Source: Diplonema japonicum (lineage: Eukaryota > Protista > Euglenozoa: Diplonemea). Taken from it: a DNA stretch of 64,000 nucleotides. The position numbers and the translations under genes were made by a program. The stretch spans positions 474,244 to 538,243 of the forward strand of contig OZ025696.1 of NCBI GenBank assembly GCA_964019335.1. Reading direction: 5' to 3'. Below the pieces are notes generated by a model that was not told the origin of the DNA, ran no database searches, and saw only the letters and a program-made list of their open reading frames with translations. Positions 10,916 through 20,494 of this stretch are shown here, in pieces; position 1 is the stretch's first letter; the number at the start of each line of letters is the position of its first letter.

Positions 10916-13900
10916 TCAGAGCCTCAAGTGCAGCGGCGGCGGTGACAGGGCAGGGGGCATGCCTTCTCTCTTCATCGTTTCCAGGACAATCATGATGACA
11001 GCATCCGAGTGGTCCTCGTCCCTTACTATCTCCTCGCACTTCTTGTAGTCGCTGCTCTTGAAAGCCTCTTCGAACTCTTGTGACCACGAACCCTTCCAGT
11101 AGTCACCATTTTCTGCAAGCTGGTAGGCCACGGCCCCCTCTGTCCCTGAGTCAGTAAGGCGGAGGATGGGACGGGTGGAGAAACTGCTGAATAAAGCGGT
11201 CTTCTGTATGTCCCCTGACAACACACAAAAGACGACCCCCATCCCAAGGTCCTGTGCCTTGCACGACAGCTTGAACGCTATGTCCACTGTCTCCCCTATC
11301 ACAGAGGCGAAGCGCTGCCGGTGTGTCCCCACAAACCCACTCGAACACCGCCCTGTCCCAATCCCGATGTGCACAGCAACTGACGATGTAACCGTCCGCA
11401 TGGACTCGTGGCAGAGTGTCGCCCACCGCACAGCATTTTGAAAGTGTGCCGGGCACAAGATCCCCGTGTTCCAGCTCACAACCACAAGTCGGTTGAACAC
11501 CGATACAACACTACCAGTCGTCCGTTCCAAGTGCGTGACGAAGGAGCCCAGCGTTTCGACAGGGTCGGGGGCGAAGAGAGACTTGCTCCCCATCCATAGC
11601 GCTGCTATTGTTGCTGAGTTGATCTGCTTGAAGTGCAGGCGTCCACTGATCGCGACTGATGAGCGGCGGGACCCTGCACTGGAGAGCGAGCGGGATAGCA
11701 CTGTGCGGATGCACCTCAGTCTCTCGGGGAACCTTCTTGGCAAGAGAAGAGTGATCACATGTTTTCCAGAAACACCACGTAGCTCAACCTCTCCCATCAC
11801 ATGTGTTAGAGGGAGTCCTAGGTCCGACCCTGCCACCTTGCCGAAGACCTCAGCCGACACTGCAACACACCCCCCTTCACACACTGCCTCAATCCGAGCC
11901 GCCTTGTTCACACACCGACCAAAGTAGTCTGTCCGTCCAGACATAGTGTCATTGTCCAGAGCCACCTCACCCTCGTTCACCCCGATCCGCACACGAAGGC
12001 CTTTCCACGTCCCTTCCACATACTCGCTTTCTGAGTTTTTCCCCAGTGACTCCGTCCACTTGTCACTGTCGTAGAGGTCTTCCTGAATGTCCAACCCGCA
12101 CCTGCACGCCGCAAGTGACTCCTCGAAGGCCACCATGAAGCTGTCCCCGATCGTCTTCACCTCATAACCACTGTGCCGGAGGATGCACCCGCGGATCACA
12201 TGGTTGTGTATGCCAAGGTTCGTGCACATGTCTTCCGCATCCAGCTCCCACAACATCGTGCTGTGCTGCACGTCTGTGAACAGGATGGCCGCTGTCCCTG
12301 TCTTCCCAGGAGGGTTGATGTTCAACAGGGGGGACACAAGGCTCTGCTCCTGTGAACTCTTGTTGTCCACCAAAGACTGTGGGAGGTATCGCCTGAACTC
12401 TGTGAGGTTGTCGATGATCTTGATGAAGGAGAGTTGGATCTCGTTCGGGTTTTCGATCTCCCTGATGTACGACACCGCCTCGAGGTTCATGTTCGCAATG
12501 GACTCCGCACACTTGATCGCCACCATCTTGTCGGTGTGCATGAGGTTCAGTGTCTTCCTGCTCTGCGTGAGCTTCAGCACGACCCCCACGATCACAGTCA
12601 TCATCACCGTCCCGAGCACCCCAGCGATGATATAGTAGGTCGTCAGGTCCTGTCCTGTCGAGACACACTCGGTGTTCCCCTCCCCGTAGTTCGTTGTCCC
12701 CGACCCGCAAGGGGTGCACCCAGCCGACCCGAGCCCAGTGCTGTAGGTCCCCTCCCCACACGGTGTGCAGTTCGCTGAACCCTTTTGCCCAGAGAAGGTA
12801 CCGGGTAAGCACTGCAAACAGATCCTCGGCTCCACCACAGACTCCGAGGCTTCAGCATACCAACCAGAGTCGCACGGCTCGCACACGATGTCGAAGGAGG
12901 GGGGGCTGTGGACAAACACCTCCCGCGAAGAGGTACCTGCCTGGCACCCCCCGTGGCTCGGAAGGAAGCCGATGTCCACCACCCCATCTATGATGTACTT
13001 CATCTTCACCTGAAGGTGGAACTCGTCCAAGCAGCCAGAGGGGTTCTGCAAGACCCCGTTGTGTACCACAGGGCTGCAGAAGGGGTCGAAGGTCCCTGCC
13101 TCGAGCTTTGTCTTCTCTGCTTGGTACACATCTTCATCCTGTCTGCTCACGAGGAAGGACAGTGGGTAGTTGCGGGAGACGCCCTTGTCATAACCGTACC
13201 AGATTGAGCGGTTTGGGTGCCCCTTGAAGGTGTCGGAGAGGGTGCGGAGCATGTACTCGGTGTAGATGGGACCCCAGTTGAAGTTCGCAGAGGTGAGCAC
13301 CGACTCCCCGATGGACAGCCGTTGGTCTCCGTTTGAGCCTGTCGACAGCTTCCCTTGAGCCTTCGCCGTCACAGGGGACGCCTTCGTGTCAGTGTGGTAG
13401 GCGATCACATCGCAGCCGAGCTTCGCAAGCACCTCTGTTGCATACCCTTCCTTCACAGCGTCCATGAAGGTCCCGATCCACAGCACCACCACCTCCGTCG
13501 AAGCATTCCCCTTCTGTGCCCCAAGGTAGTATGCATTGATGTTCCTGTACACCTCAGGGATGGGGACAGACGCCACGTAGCCGATGCGGCCCGATGTAGA
13601 CTGCCCCGCCGACACCACCCCAGACAGGTACCGTGCTTGGTACAGCTTTCCAGAGGCCGTTGCGAAGTTGGGCTTCCCGCTGTAGTAGCCTGTCATGTGC
13701 ACGAAGTCCACCTCAGGGTACTCGGATGCTGCCTCGAAGGTTTGGTCGTGGAACGTGAATGACGTCGCGAAGATCAGCTGAAACCCCCTCTTGACAAGAT
13801 CTGCAATCGTGTCCTTGCACTTCCCTGCCTTCACACTCTCCACCACCTCTGTCTGGATGCGGGTGGTGTTCCCCACTGCTTGCTGCACCGCCTCCACTGC

Positions 13901-14020
13901 CTCGATCCTCCCCAGGTTGTGGTTGTAGGTCCACCCATAGTCATCCAGGGGGCCACTTAGGATGAACGCAGCCCGCAGGTCACCCACAACCAGGGCAGCG
14001 ATCACCAGGACCCCGATCAT
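10916..14020 (-). CDS. Receptor-type adenylate cyclase paralogue (same architecture as 1652-4801)
   Basis: 1034-aa ORF; protein identical to the 1652-4801 copy up to AARIEAVC, mosaic thereafter. Confidence 0.92.
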   Translation of the reverse strand: MIGVLVIAALVVGDLRAAFILSGPLDDYGWTYNHNLGRIEAVEAVQQAVGNTTRIQTEVVESVKAGKCKDTIADLVKRGFQLIFATSFTFHDQTFEAASEYPEVDFVHMTGYYSGKPNFATASGKLYQARYLSGVVSAGQSTSGRIGYVASVPIPEVYRNINAYYLGAQKGNASTEVVVLWIGTFMDAVKEGYATEVLAKLGCDVIAYHTDTKASPVTAKAQGKLSTGSNGDQRLSIGESVLTSANFNWGPIYTEYMLRTLSDTFKGHPNRSIWYGYDKGVSRNYPLSFLVSRQDEDVYQAEKTKLEAGTFDPFCSPVVHNGVLQNPSGCLDEFHLQVKMKYIIDGVVDIGFLPSHGGCQAGTSSREVFVHSPPSFDIVCEPCDSGWYAEASESVVEPRICLQCLPGTFSGQKGSANCTPCGEGTYSTGLGSAGCTPCGSGTTNYGEGNTECVSTGQDLTTYYIIAGVLGTVMMTVIVGVVLKLTQSRKTLNLMHTDKMVAIKCAESIANMNLEAVSYIREIENPNEIQLSFIKIIDNLTEFRRYLPQSLVDNKSSQEQSLVSPLLNINPPGKTGTAAILFTDVQHSTMLWELDAEDMCTNLGIHNHVIRGCILRHSGYEVKTIGDSFMVAFEESLAACRCGLDIQEDLYDSDKWTESLGKNSESEYVEGTWKGLRVRIGVNEGEVALDNDTMSGRTDYFGRCVNKAARIEAVCEGGCVAVSAEVFGKVAGSDLGLPLTHVMGEVELRGVSGKHVITLLLPRRFPERLRCIRTVLSRSLSSAGSRRSSVAISGRLHFKQINSATIAALWMGSKSLFAPDPVETLGSFVTHLERTTGSVVSVFNRLVVVSWNTGILCPAHFQNAVRWATLCHESMRTVTSSVAVHIGIGTGRCSSGFVGTHRQRFASVIGETVDIAFKLSCKAQDLGMGVVFCVLSGDIQKTALFSSFSTRPILRLTDSGTEGAVAYQLAENGDYWKGSWSQEFEEAFKSSDYKKCEEIVRDEDHSDAVIMIVLETMKREGMPPALSPPPLHLRL

Positions 14021-14115
14021 GTTGACATCAAAGGTTTTCTGTTCGAGTACTCGGAATCATAGTAAAAGAAGCAACAAAAAAATAAATACAACAAGTCAAA
14101 AAATCTATTTAGGCA

Positions 14116-15213
14116 CTAGGTACCCTCCACAGCGCTGATGATGAGCAGGATCTGATCCTTACATAGCTTCTCCCAGTCGAGGTTAATGGACTTCCAATGG
14201 GTTTTAATGGTGTGGAGGGCTGTGTGTTGGACATCGGAACGGCCTTCTTTGAAGGCGGAGGTGAAGGACTCCGCACAGGTGTCGGGGTCCCTAGCACGGG
14301 AGAGGAGAACCGTTTCGGTCAGAGAACTGAGGCGTCCTAGGTGGAGCTGGTGCGCCACACGACCGACGGCGTAGAGGAGGTGAGGAGGAGGGGGGACAGA
14401 AGTGTAGATGTAGGTGAGCACAGCGAGCATAATTTCGCAAGACATCCGGCAAGCTTCCGAAGGAGAGGATGCGGCTTCAGGCGGAACAATGTTCTCGATG
14501 ACGAGCTGTGTGAGTTTGGAACGGTTCTGTTGGCGTTCACACTGCCGAAGGGCGTCTGCGAAGTAAGAGCTTCGTGATGCTAGGATGCACTTATGCCCGA
14601 GAATGGTGCGCTGCTCACGTCCGCTTTGAACAATGACAGCAACGTCTGCGTACTCATCAGCGTTGACGAGCTTCAGGAGGTCTACCTTGAGCTGCTCGCC
14701 AGGTCCTGCTACATGGGTGTCTTTAATGCTTACGCTTTGCACCCCAACCCGTAAAGCCTGCCGCCCCACGTGCTCCACCACTGTGAACCGTATTGCCACC
14801 GCTTTGAACGTTGGAGAGCAGGTCACAACGCATAACTGGTGGTTGTCTGTGTTGCCTTTCTGCACCTCACCCCTGTTGTAGTCGACCCACGTCATGAAGT
14901 CCGCTGTGTACTGCAGGGTGTACCTTGTGACCCACCATGGCTCCACGGGGTGCCCTTGGGTTGCGACGCCGGTCACCGTGTGGCCTTCTTCATCTCCGTT
15001 TTCCCACCTATTTTTATTCACCAGAGATATCTGTAGGTACTCCCCTTGCCCTCCCCGTGCGACCCATGCCGACAATGGGAAGTGCAGCCTACCGTATGAA
15101 GGCGATGCCACAGAGCTGCTCGCCGTGAAAGCTGATGGCGGGAGGTCGTCCATCGCTAGCTGGCGGTGCTGCAGGTTTGCGTTGTGGTGCGGTGGCGGCG
15201 GCAGCGGGTCCAT
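14116..15213 (-). CDS. Discoidin (F5/8 type C) domain + BTB/POZ domain protein
   Basis: AWVA...EYLQISL, VTGVATQG...WVTRYTLQYT, GNTD, AIRF...ALRV (F5/8C); YADVAVIV...ILGHKCILASRSSYF...LTYIYT (BTB). Confidence 0.85.
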   Translation of the reverse strand: MDPLPPPPHHNANLQHRQLAMDDLPPSAFTASSSVASPSYGRLHFPLSAWVARGGQGEYLQISLVNKNRWENGDEEGHTVTGVATQGHPVEPWWVTRYTLQYTADFMTWVDYNRGEVQKGNTDNHQLCVVTCSPTFKAVAIRFTVVEHVGRQALRVGVQSVSIKDTHVAGPGEQLKVDLLKLVNADEYADVAVIVQSGREQRTILGHKCILASRSSYFADALRQCERQQNRSKLTQLVIENIVPPEAASSPSEACRMSCEIMLAVLTYIYTSVPPPPHLLYAVGRVAHQLHLGRLSSLTETVLLSRARDPDTCAESFTSAFKEGRSDVQHTALHTIKTHWKSINLDWEKLCKDQILLIISAVEGT

Positions 15214-15304
15214 TTCTCTTCCTCCCCCTTTTCCCCTTCCCTCCTTTCCTTATTTTTCTTATTTAGAAAGAGAGAGAAAAAAAGAACATAGAGATAAATA
15301 AATA

Positions 15305-15881
15305 CTGTAAAACAGAAAATGCCGAACGGACGAAAGCTGGACGGGAAAATGCCAGACGGACAAACTCCGGACGCGACAGAAACCTGGACGTTTGTCCGTC
15401 CGGCATTTTTTTACATGGGAGAGGTACGGTATGTAGGATCCTAAGAGGAAAATCTTTTGTTGTGTTTTTTAGCCCAGCAAGGGGGAGAAGCTTCTGGGTG
15501 ACTTGGCAATACCTCCCAAAGCTCGCACCTACTACCTTTAACACAGGGCAGTATTTGAAAGTGCGCCTACAAGCCACGTAAGCTTGGAGGCAAGAGAGTT
15601 GCGTAGTAGTTCCCTACCCCCCTTTTTTTTTCCTTTTCTTTTTGCCTTTATTATTTAACCCTTTCCCACACAGTATCTTCATCAAAGTGTCACATCATGG
15701 TACATCCTGCATACGACAAGAAAGGCATGGTGAATTGTAAGCTAGCAGGGCCCCTCTGTTCTCCCATTGGTTTCTGACTGAAAAGCTATAAAGAGAATTT
15801 TAATGCCGATCGGGAAAATGCCGGACGGCCAAAAAACCCGGACGTTTAACCGTCCGGCATTTTTTTTTTTTTGTTTTACAG
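15305..15881. mobile_element. MITE with TA target-site duplication (Tc1/mariner-type)
   Basis: TA|CTGTAAAAC..AAAATGCCG at left and CCGGCATTTT..GTTTTACAG|TA at right; subterminal GGACG/CCGTCC palindromes at both ends. Confidence 0.75.
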
Positions 15882-15929
15882 TAAATAAAAACACCACAAC
15901 CCTCATAAAAAAAAATATAAAAAAAAGTT

Positions 15930-17108
15930 CTAACCAGTTCTCTCCCACATATCACCCTCAACTAGGATGCTCTCAGCTCCTTGAAGCACCCCTTCGGGAG
16001 CTTTTATGTACTTCTCGTAATGCTCGGAAAGCTCTGACCCCGAAAGGTCACGAAGGGAAGTGTCCGTCGCGATGACTTCACCAAAGATCTCAGGAAACCC
16101 TGGAGGGAGCACCCCACGGATGAGGCTGGTCTGTGAGGTTGGTTGCCGGGGCATGATGAAGACTTGGTTGCTCGCAAAGAGTAAGTTATAAGGCTGCTCA
16201 CGAGCGTAGAGGTACGCGATGACGCGGCTGAGTAAGTCCGATACAATATCGATGTAAAAAGAGATGTTGCGGATGGCAAAGCCGGGTACTTGGAACTTCT
16301 TTAGGGAATAGATGCGGAGGTCCGGGTGGTACTTGTGCGCGGCCAGGAGCACCTTTTCAGCTTCTTCCACCGGGAGCACACCGCCCTCCCGGGGTCCGTG
16401 GTAACTCCAGAACTGAAAATGCAAATGGTTCACGCTAGCCCCCGCTGCAAGCGAATTAAACCCGACCCTGAAGTCCCTCCCCAATGGGAGGAGCGAGGCC
16501 GCAAACCGCATCCCGACTTCAAGCGCGTCAGAGGTAAGATGCTGCGATCGATTTTCTCGCACATACGGTGCCAAAATGCCTGAATATCTGCTGAGAGGGA
16601 ACTTGTTAGTCATTACGAAGTGTGCTGGATCTAGGTTTTCCACAGGTGTGCATGAGCACCCGTGCCAAGGGACGGGGCTGAAGTAAAACAAAACCTCGTA
16701 TGCAGGGATCTTGTGGAAGTTGAAGAGGGACGAGTTGAAGGGCGTCTGCATGCTCTGCTGTGTGTTCCAGATTGTAGTTCTCCGTTTCTTTCCTCTTGAA
16801 GGGTTGAAGGCGATGTCGAATGTGCCCCTTGCCACTGCCAGCTCCCCAAGGGGGTCCACAGCCTGTTCGTCCCATAGCTTTTTTAAAGTCTTGCCTAGTG
16901 GGAGATTGCTCCCCCCACCACAGCCGAGAACCCTCTTCCCCCTGCACCCCAGAAGGCTTTCTTGCATCGCGTCGGTGTTCTTCCCCCCCGACGTTCCTAT
17001 TGCTATGAAACAAGCCACCATCGTAGCAACCCACATCAGCAACCACCTCCCGGCGTTCACCCTTCCCAACACTGAAGGGTACCCCAGTGTTTGTCTCGGC
17101 CTGTGCAT
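15930..17108 (-). CDS. GDP-D-glucose phosphorylase 1 / VTC2 (GDP-L-galactose phosphorylase)-like HIT-family protein with N-terminal signal anchor
   Basis: FNPSRGKKRR, PFNSSLFNFHKI, NKFPL, FRVGFNSLAAGASVNHLHFQ (HxHxQ), PYNLLF, PGFPEIFG; first ATG at 17108. Confidence 0.85.
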   Translation of the reverse strand: MHRPRQTLGYPSVLGRVNAGRWLLMWVATMVACFIAIGTSGGKNTDAMQESLLGCRGKRVLGCGGGSNLPLGKTLKKLWDEQAVDPLGELAVARGTFDIAFNPSRGKKRRTTIWNTQQSMQTPFNSSLFNFHKIPAYEVLFYFSPVPWHGCSCTPVENLDPAHFVMTNKFPLSRYSGILAPYVRENRSQHLTSDALEVGMRFAASLLPLGRDFRVGFNSLAAGASVNHLHFQFWSYHGPREGGVLPVEEAEKVLLAAHKYHPDLRIYSLKKFQVPGFAIRNISFYIDIVSDLLSRVIAYLYAREQPYNLLFASNQVFIMPRQPTSQTSLIRGVLPPGFPEIFGEVIATDTSLRDLSGSELSEHYEKYIKAPEGVLQGAESILVEGDMWERTG

Positions 17109-17175
17109 CTCTTTCTTTTTTATCACACTTTCCTGTTTTTCTTTCTTTTTTTTCCCCCCCCCACCCCCAAATCGA

Positions 17176-17600
17176 TGAGTTGCGCTTTACATCACATTGC
17201 GCGTGTTGTATCCAAGATGTCCACCTGCGTTCATCGTACTAGGCTAAAAGCTAAAGGTGCGCAACAGGCTAAGAGCTAAAGTTGCGCAGCATCCGCAGGT
17301 GAAGAGGTTACTCGTGGCTGCCGACAAATTCAGCCTTGAGCCCGAGGAATGGAACGCTTGCGGTAATCTAGCATCCATCGCATTGGTCACCTGGTACAGT
17401 GGTGCAACGTGTGCCAGCCCCCTGCAGCACAAGCCACACTGGCCAGCTTCGGCGCATCTGCTGCTGGTATAGAGAGAATCATAGCCAAAGTTTGGGTATT
17501 GTTTGGATTCGAGGCACCGCGAAGATGCACGATGTCCATGCTTAAAGGAACCATTCCAGTGGGAGAGTACTTGCTTCTGCGCTTGAAGGGGTACCTGTAG
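17176..17600 (+). pseudogene. Frameshifted ORF relic, possibly a hAT transposase fragment
   Basis: GC-rich island antisense to its gene cluster; a ~25-bp imperfect tandem duplication (AGGCTAAAAGCTAAAGGTGCGCA / AGGCTAAGAGCTAAAGTTGCGCA) breaks the frame; LEPEEWNACGNL...QATLAS resembles the hAT L..EEW....L...TL motif. Confidence 0.3.
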
Positions 17601-18547
17601 GATGCACCCGATCGGGACGGCATTCGTCGTTTGGAGACAGGGCACGTGAAGGGGGGGGAATAGATGACACGAAGAAAGATACAAAAAAGAAAAAGGAAAG
17701 GGGGGAAATTTGGGATAAATAAATAAACGGAGGGGGGGGGGGGGGGGGGTGTTTTCATACTTGAAACCGTTGTTGGGGGCCTTACAAGGGGAACGGAGGA
17801 GTTCCCCTGTGTCCCCTACTTTCTTTCCATCTGGTTTTGGAGGGCGTCTTGTTGGGGATTCTATTTTTGTCACTAAGCAGAAACCCCCGCAGGGTAGGTG
17901 ACTAGGCAACTACACAGAAGATACGGGATAGGCAGGATAGGGGTGGGGTACTAAAGGTTACGTGAAGCGAGATCTGTATCTTCAAATTGAGATAGTTTCT
18001 CGCTTTTTTTTTTTTTTTTTCTCTTCTACCTCCGATAGGTTGCAAGTATGGTTCATAAACATAATAGCTGTGGGAATAGATGCTATTTCTTTTTTCTGAA
18101 AAACTTACTAATTAAGTGGCAAACGTAAAAAAAGGGGGGGGAGAAGAAGAAAAGGCTTTTACTACCAAAAAGAAATCCCATTCTGGGAATTAAGTGAATG
18201 TTTGCCTTTTTTTTGGGGGGGGGGGTAGCGCTTTTTTTTTGGGGGGAATATTAAGTGAAATAACCCCTTATTTTTAATTTTTCCTCTTCATTCATAGTCC
18301 CTTCTCTTTCCATCTTTTTTTTTTTGAACTAAATTTGGAGATTCTCTCCCATCCTTTCCTTTATTGTTTGTTTTTTTTTCTTTTCTTTTTTTTTTTTCCT
18401 TTCTTCCTCCCCCTCGTTCTTTTCTAATGGGAAAAAACTTATACAGGGAAGTGGGTGGGGTGTTTTCATCTTTTCCGGTTCTAATCGGCTTTCTGGTTCC
18501 TTTCTTCAACGCACTGCCTGTTGACTATTCTCCGTTCCACTACCAAC

Positions 18548-20494
18548 TCACACACCATAAGCAGAGCTCTGCCACCTGGGAGGGGGCTGATTGTAATTCA
18601 AGCTTAGCCGCGAGGCCTCAGAGGAGAGAGACTGAGACAGCTCGCTGAGCTCCTGCCTCACACGTGCCACGCTATGCGTAGTGCGCTCATAACTGTCGGC
18701 AAGACGCTCTGCTTCTTGTAGCTTCTCCTTGAAAGCATGCACCTCCCGTTGGTACTGTTTGTGTTCCCGCCGCCTCGCCCGCTCGTTGTGCTGGTAGTGC
18801 CGTGTGAACATCTTGGACAGCCGCGATATACCTGACGCTTCCTTAGCACGCACCGGTACCACAGCCCTCCCTTCTACCGCATCAAGCATTCGTCCACACA
18901 TCATTTGGATGCTGTGGATCTCTTCCTCAAGGCCTGTGTTCTTCGGCTGCTCTGTTGGTTTGAAGATCCTCCGCCTGCGGGACCCGCTCAAGGTGACGGG
19001 GACAGCGACAGGGCCTTGCATCTTGGAGTTGATCAATTCTTGGGTTTCGAGAATTTTCAACTGCGCACGCTGGTGCTCTTCGATCTCCTTGTGCACGTCT
19101 TTTATGCTCTGCAGGTGCTGGGTCAGGACCTCTTTCACGACACTGCGCTCGCTGCCCACGGACGGCGACGCAGACCGTTGCGCTTGTGCCTTCACAGGGG
19201 GCGACCAGCCTGCATCGAGCAACTGCTTCATGTCAACACCTTGCAGCGGAGACGGTTGGTATGAAGTAGATGAGCCGGTTCTCTGAAGGAGCTCGGGGGA
19301 TTGCGATGGGGCACGCAGTATGGACACAGGTGAGGGGGTGCGGGGGACTGCGAAGGTCTCTCTTTCTTGTATCGCGGTGATTTCTTCTTGCTGCCTGCGG
19401 ATGGTCTCCTGCTGGTTGATGATTTCGTCCTGAAGCTCCTTCTGCTGCCGCAGCAGATCGCAGGTGATCCTATGAGTGTCGAGGGCACGCTCTGCTGCGT
19501 CCTGGTCCTCACGAGTCACGCGGGGTGATGGTTCGGCTTCTTCCTTTTCCTCACGTGGCGGTGGTGGTGGTTTCGAACCCCTGCGCTCCTGTCGTTCTAT
19601 GAACTCTGTCAGAAAGCTCAGCTCCTCTTCTTTGTTGGGGTAGAGCCTGTTCAGTGCCATGGCGATATCCCGCTCCTTTCCCTTGTTGTTGTAGAGCACT
19701 TTCGGAACAGTCTTCGCCCTATCGTCGCTCTGCCGATCGTCCATGTCGTAGTAGAAGTCTTGCAGTCTCCTAGCCAGCTCTGCACGCTCAGGGTCCAGCT
19801 TCATCATGTAATCAATGGGTGGGCTGTCGGGGCCGTACTTGTCTATGTATTTTTTGAGCCAGATGAGGTTTTTCTTCTGTCCGTCTCCGTAGCTTGTCAT
19901 AAGCTTCTTGTAAAAGTCTGAGGGGCATGTTTTGTAGTGCTCCCATATGGTGGGGACTCTTGGTAGGTTAGCGGGTGCAGTGAGTTCGTAGAACTGCGAC
20001 AACCTATCGACCGCGTCGTCGTCTGTCTCTGGCAGTCCAGGGCTGATTTGTGGTTCGTTGTCCTCTTCTTCTGGTTCTTCTTCTTCTTCTTCTTCTCTTT
20101 CTTCTTCTCTCTCCTCCGGTGGGGGGGTCTGCTGTCTCTTTTTTTTCGGCGGTTCTTCCTCTTCCTCCTCCTCTTTCTCCTCTTTCTTTTTCTTTTTGGG
20201 TTTTTCCTCCTTCTCTTTTTCTTTCTCTTGTTTTTCCACGAACTCTATCCACTCGTCCAGCCACTTCAGCTCATTGACGAGATCGCCGTACTTAGTCTCC
20301 AGTGCTGTGTAGAGTGCCTGGGGGTTCCCGTTGTACTTTTTGTTTTTCAAGATGTTTGCAGCAGAGCCCACTTTGTTCTTGTGTCCCTCCCTCGCAGCAA
20401 GTTTGAAGAAGCCGTCCAGCTTCTTAGCCATCTTTTCATCTGTAAAGTCTTCCTCCGTTTTTGCCTTGTTCCGTCGTAAGCCTTTGAACACCAT
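18548..20494 (-). CDS. Uncharacterised protein with three helical 'L..FY...P...V..I...Y.G....L...L..KYG' repeats and C-terminal coiled coils
   Basis: 648-aa ORF with coding-like composition; three internal repeats, acidic/basic linkers, heptad-rich tail. Confidence 0.8.
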   Translation of the reverse strand: MVFKGLRRNKAKTEEDFTDEKMAKKLDGFFKLAAREGHKNKVGSAANILKNKKYNGNPQALYTALETKYGDLVNELKWLDEWIEFVEKQEKEKEKEEKPKKKKKEEKEEEEEEEPPKKKRQQTPPPEEREEEREEEEEEEPEEEDNEPQISPGLPETDDDAVDRLSQFYELTAPANLPRVPTIWEHYKTCPSDFYKKLMTSYGDGQKKNLIWLKKYIDKYGPDSPPIDYMMKLDPERAELARRLQDFYYDMDDRQSDDRAKTVPKVLYNNKGKERDIAMALNRLYPNKEEELSFLTEFIERQERRGSKPPPPPREEKEEAEPSPRVTREDQDAAERALDTHRITCDLLRQQKELQDEIINQQETIRRQQEEITAIQERETFAVPRTPSPVSILRAPSQSPELLQRTGSSTSYQPSPLQGVDMKQLLDAGWSPPVKAQAQRSASPSVGSERSVVKEVLTQHLQSIKDVHKEIEEHQRAQLKILETQELINSKMQGPVAVPVTLSGSRRRRIFKPTEQPKNTGLEEEIHSIQMMCGRMLDAVEGRAVVPVRAKEASGISRLSKMFTRHYQHNERARRREHKQYQREVHAFKEKLQEAERLADSYERTTHSVARVRQELSELSQSLSSEASRLSLNYNQPPPRWQSSAYGV

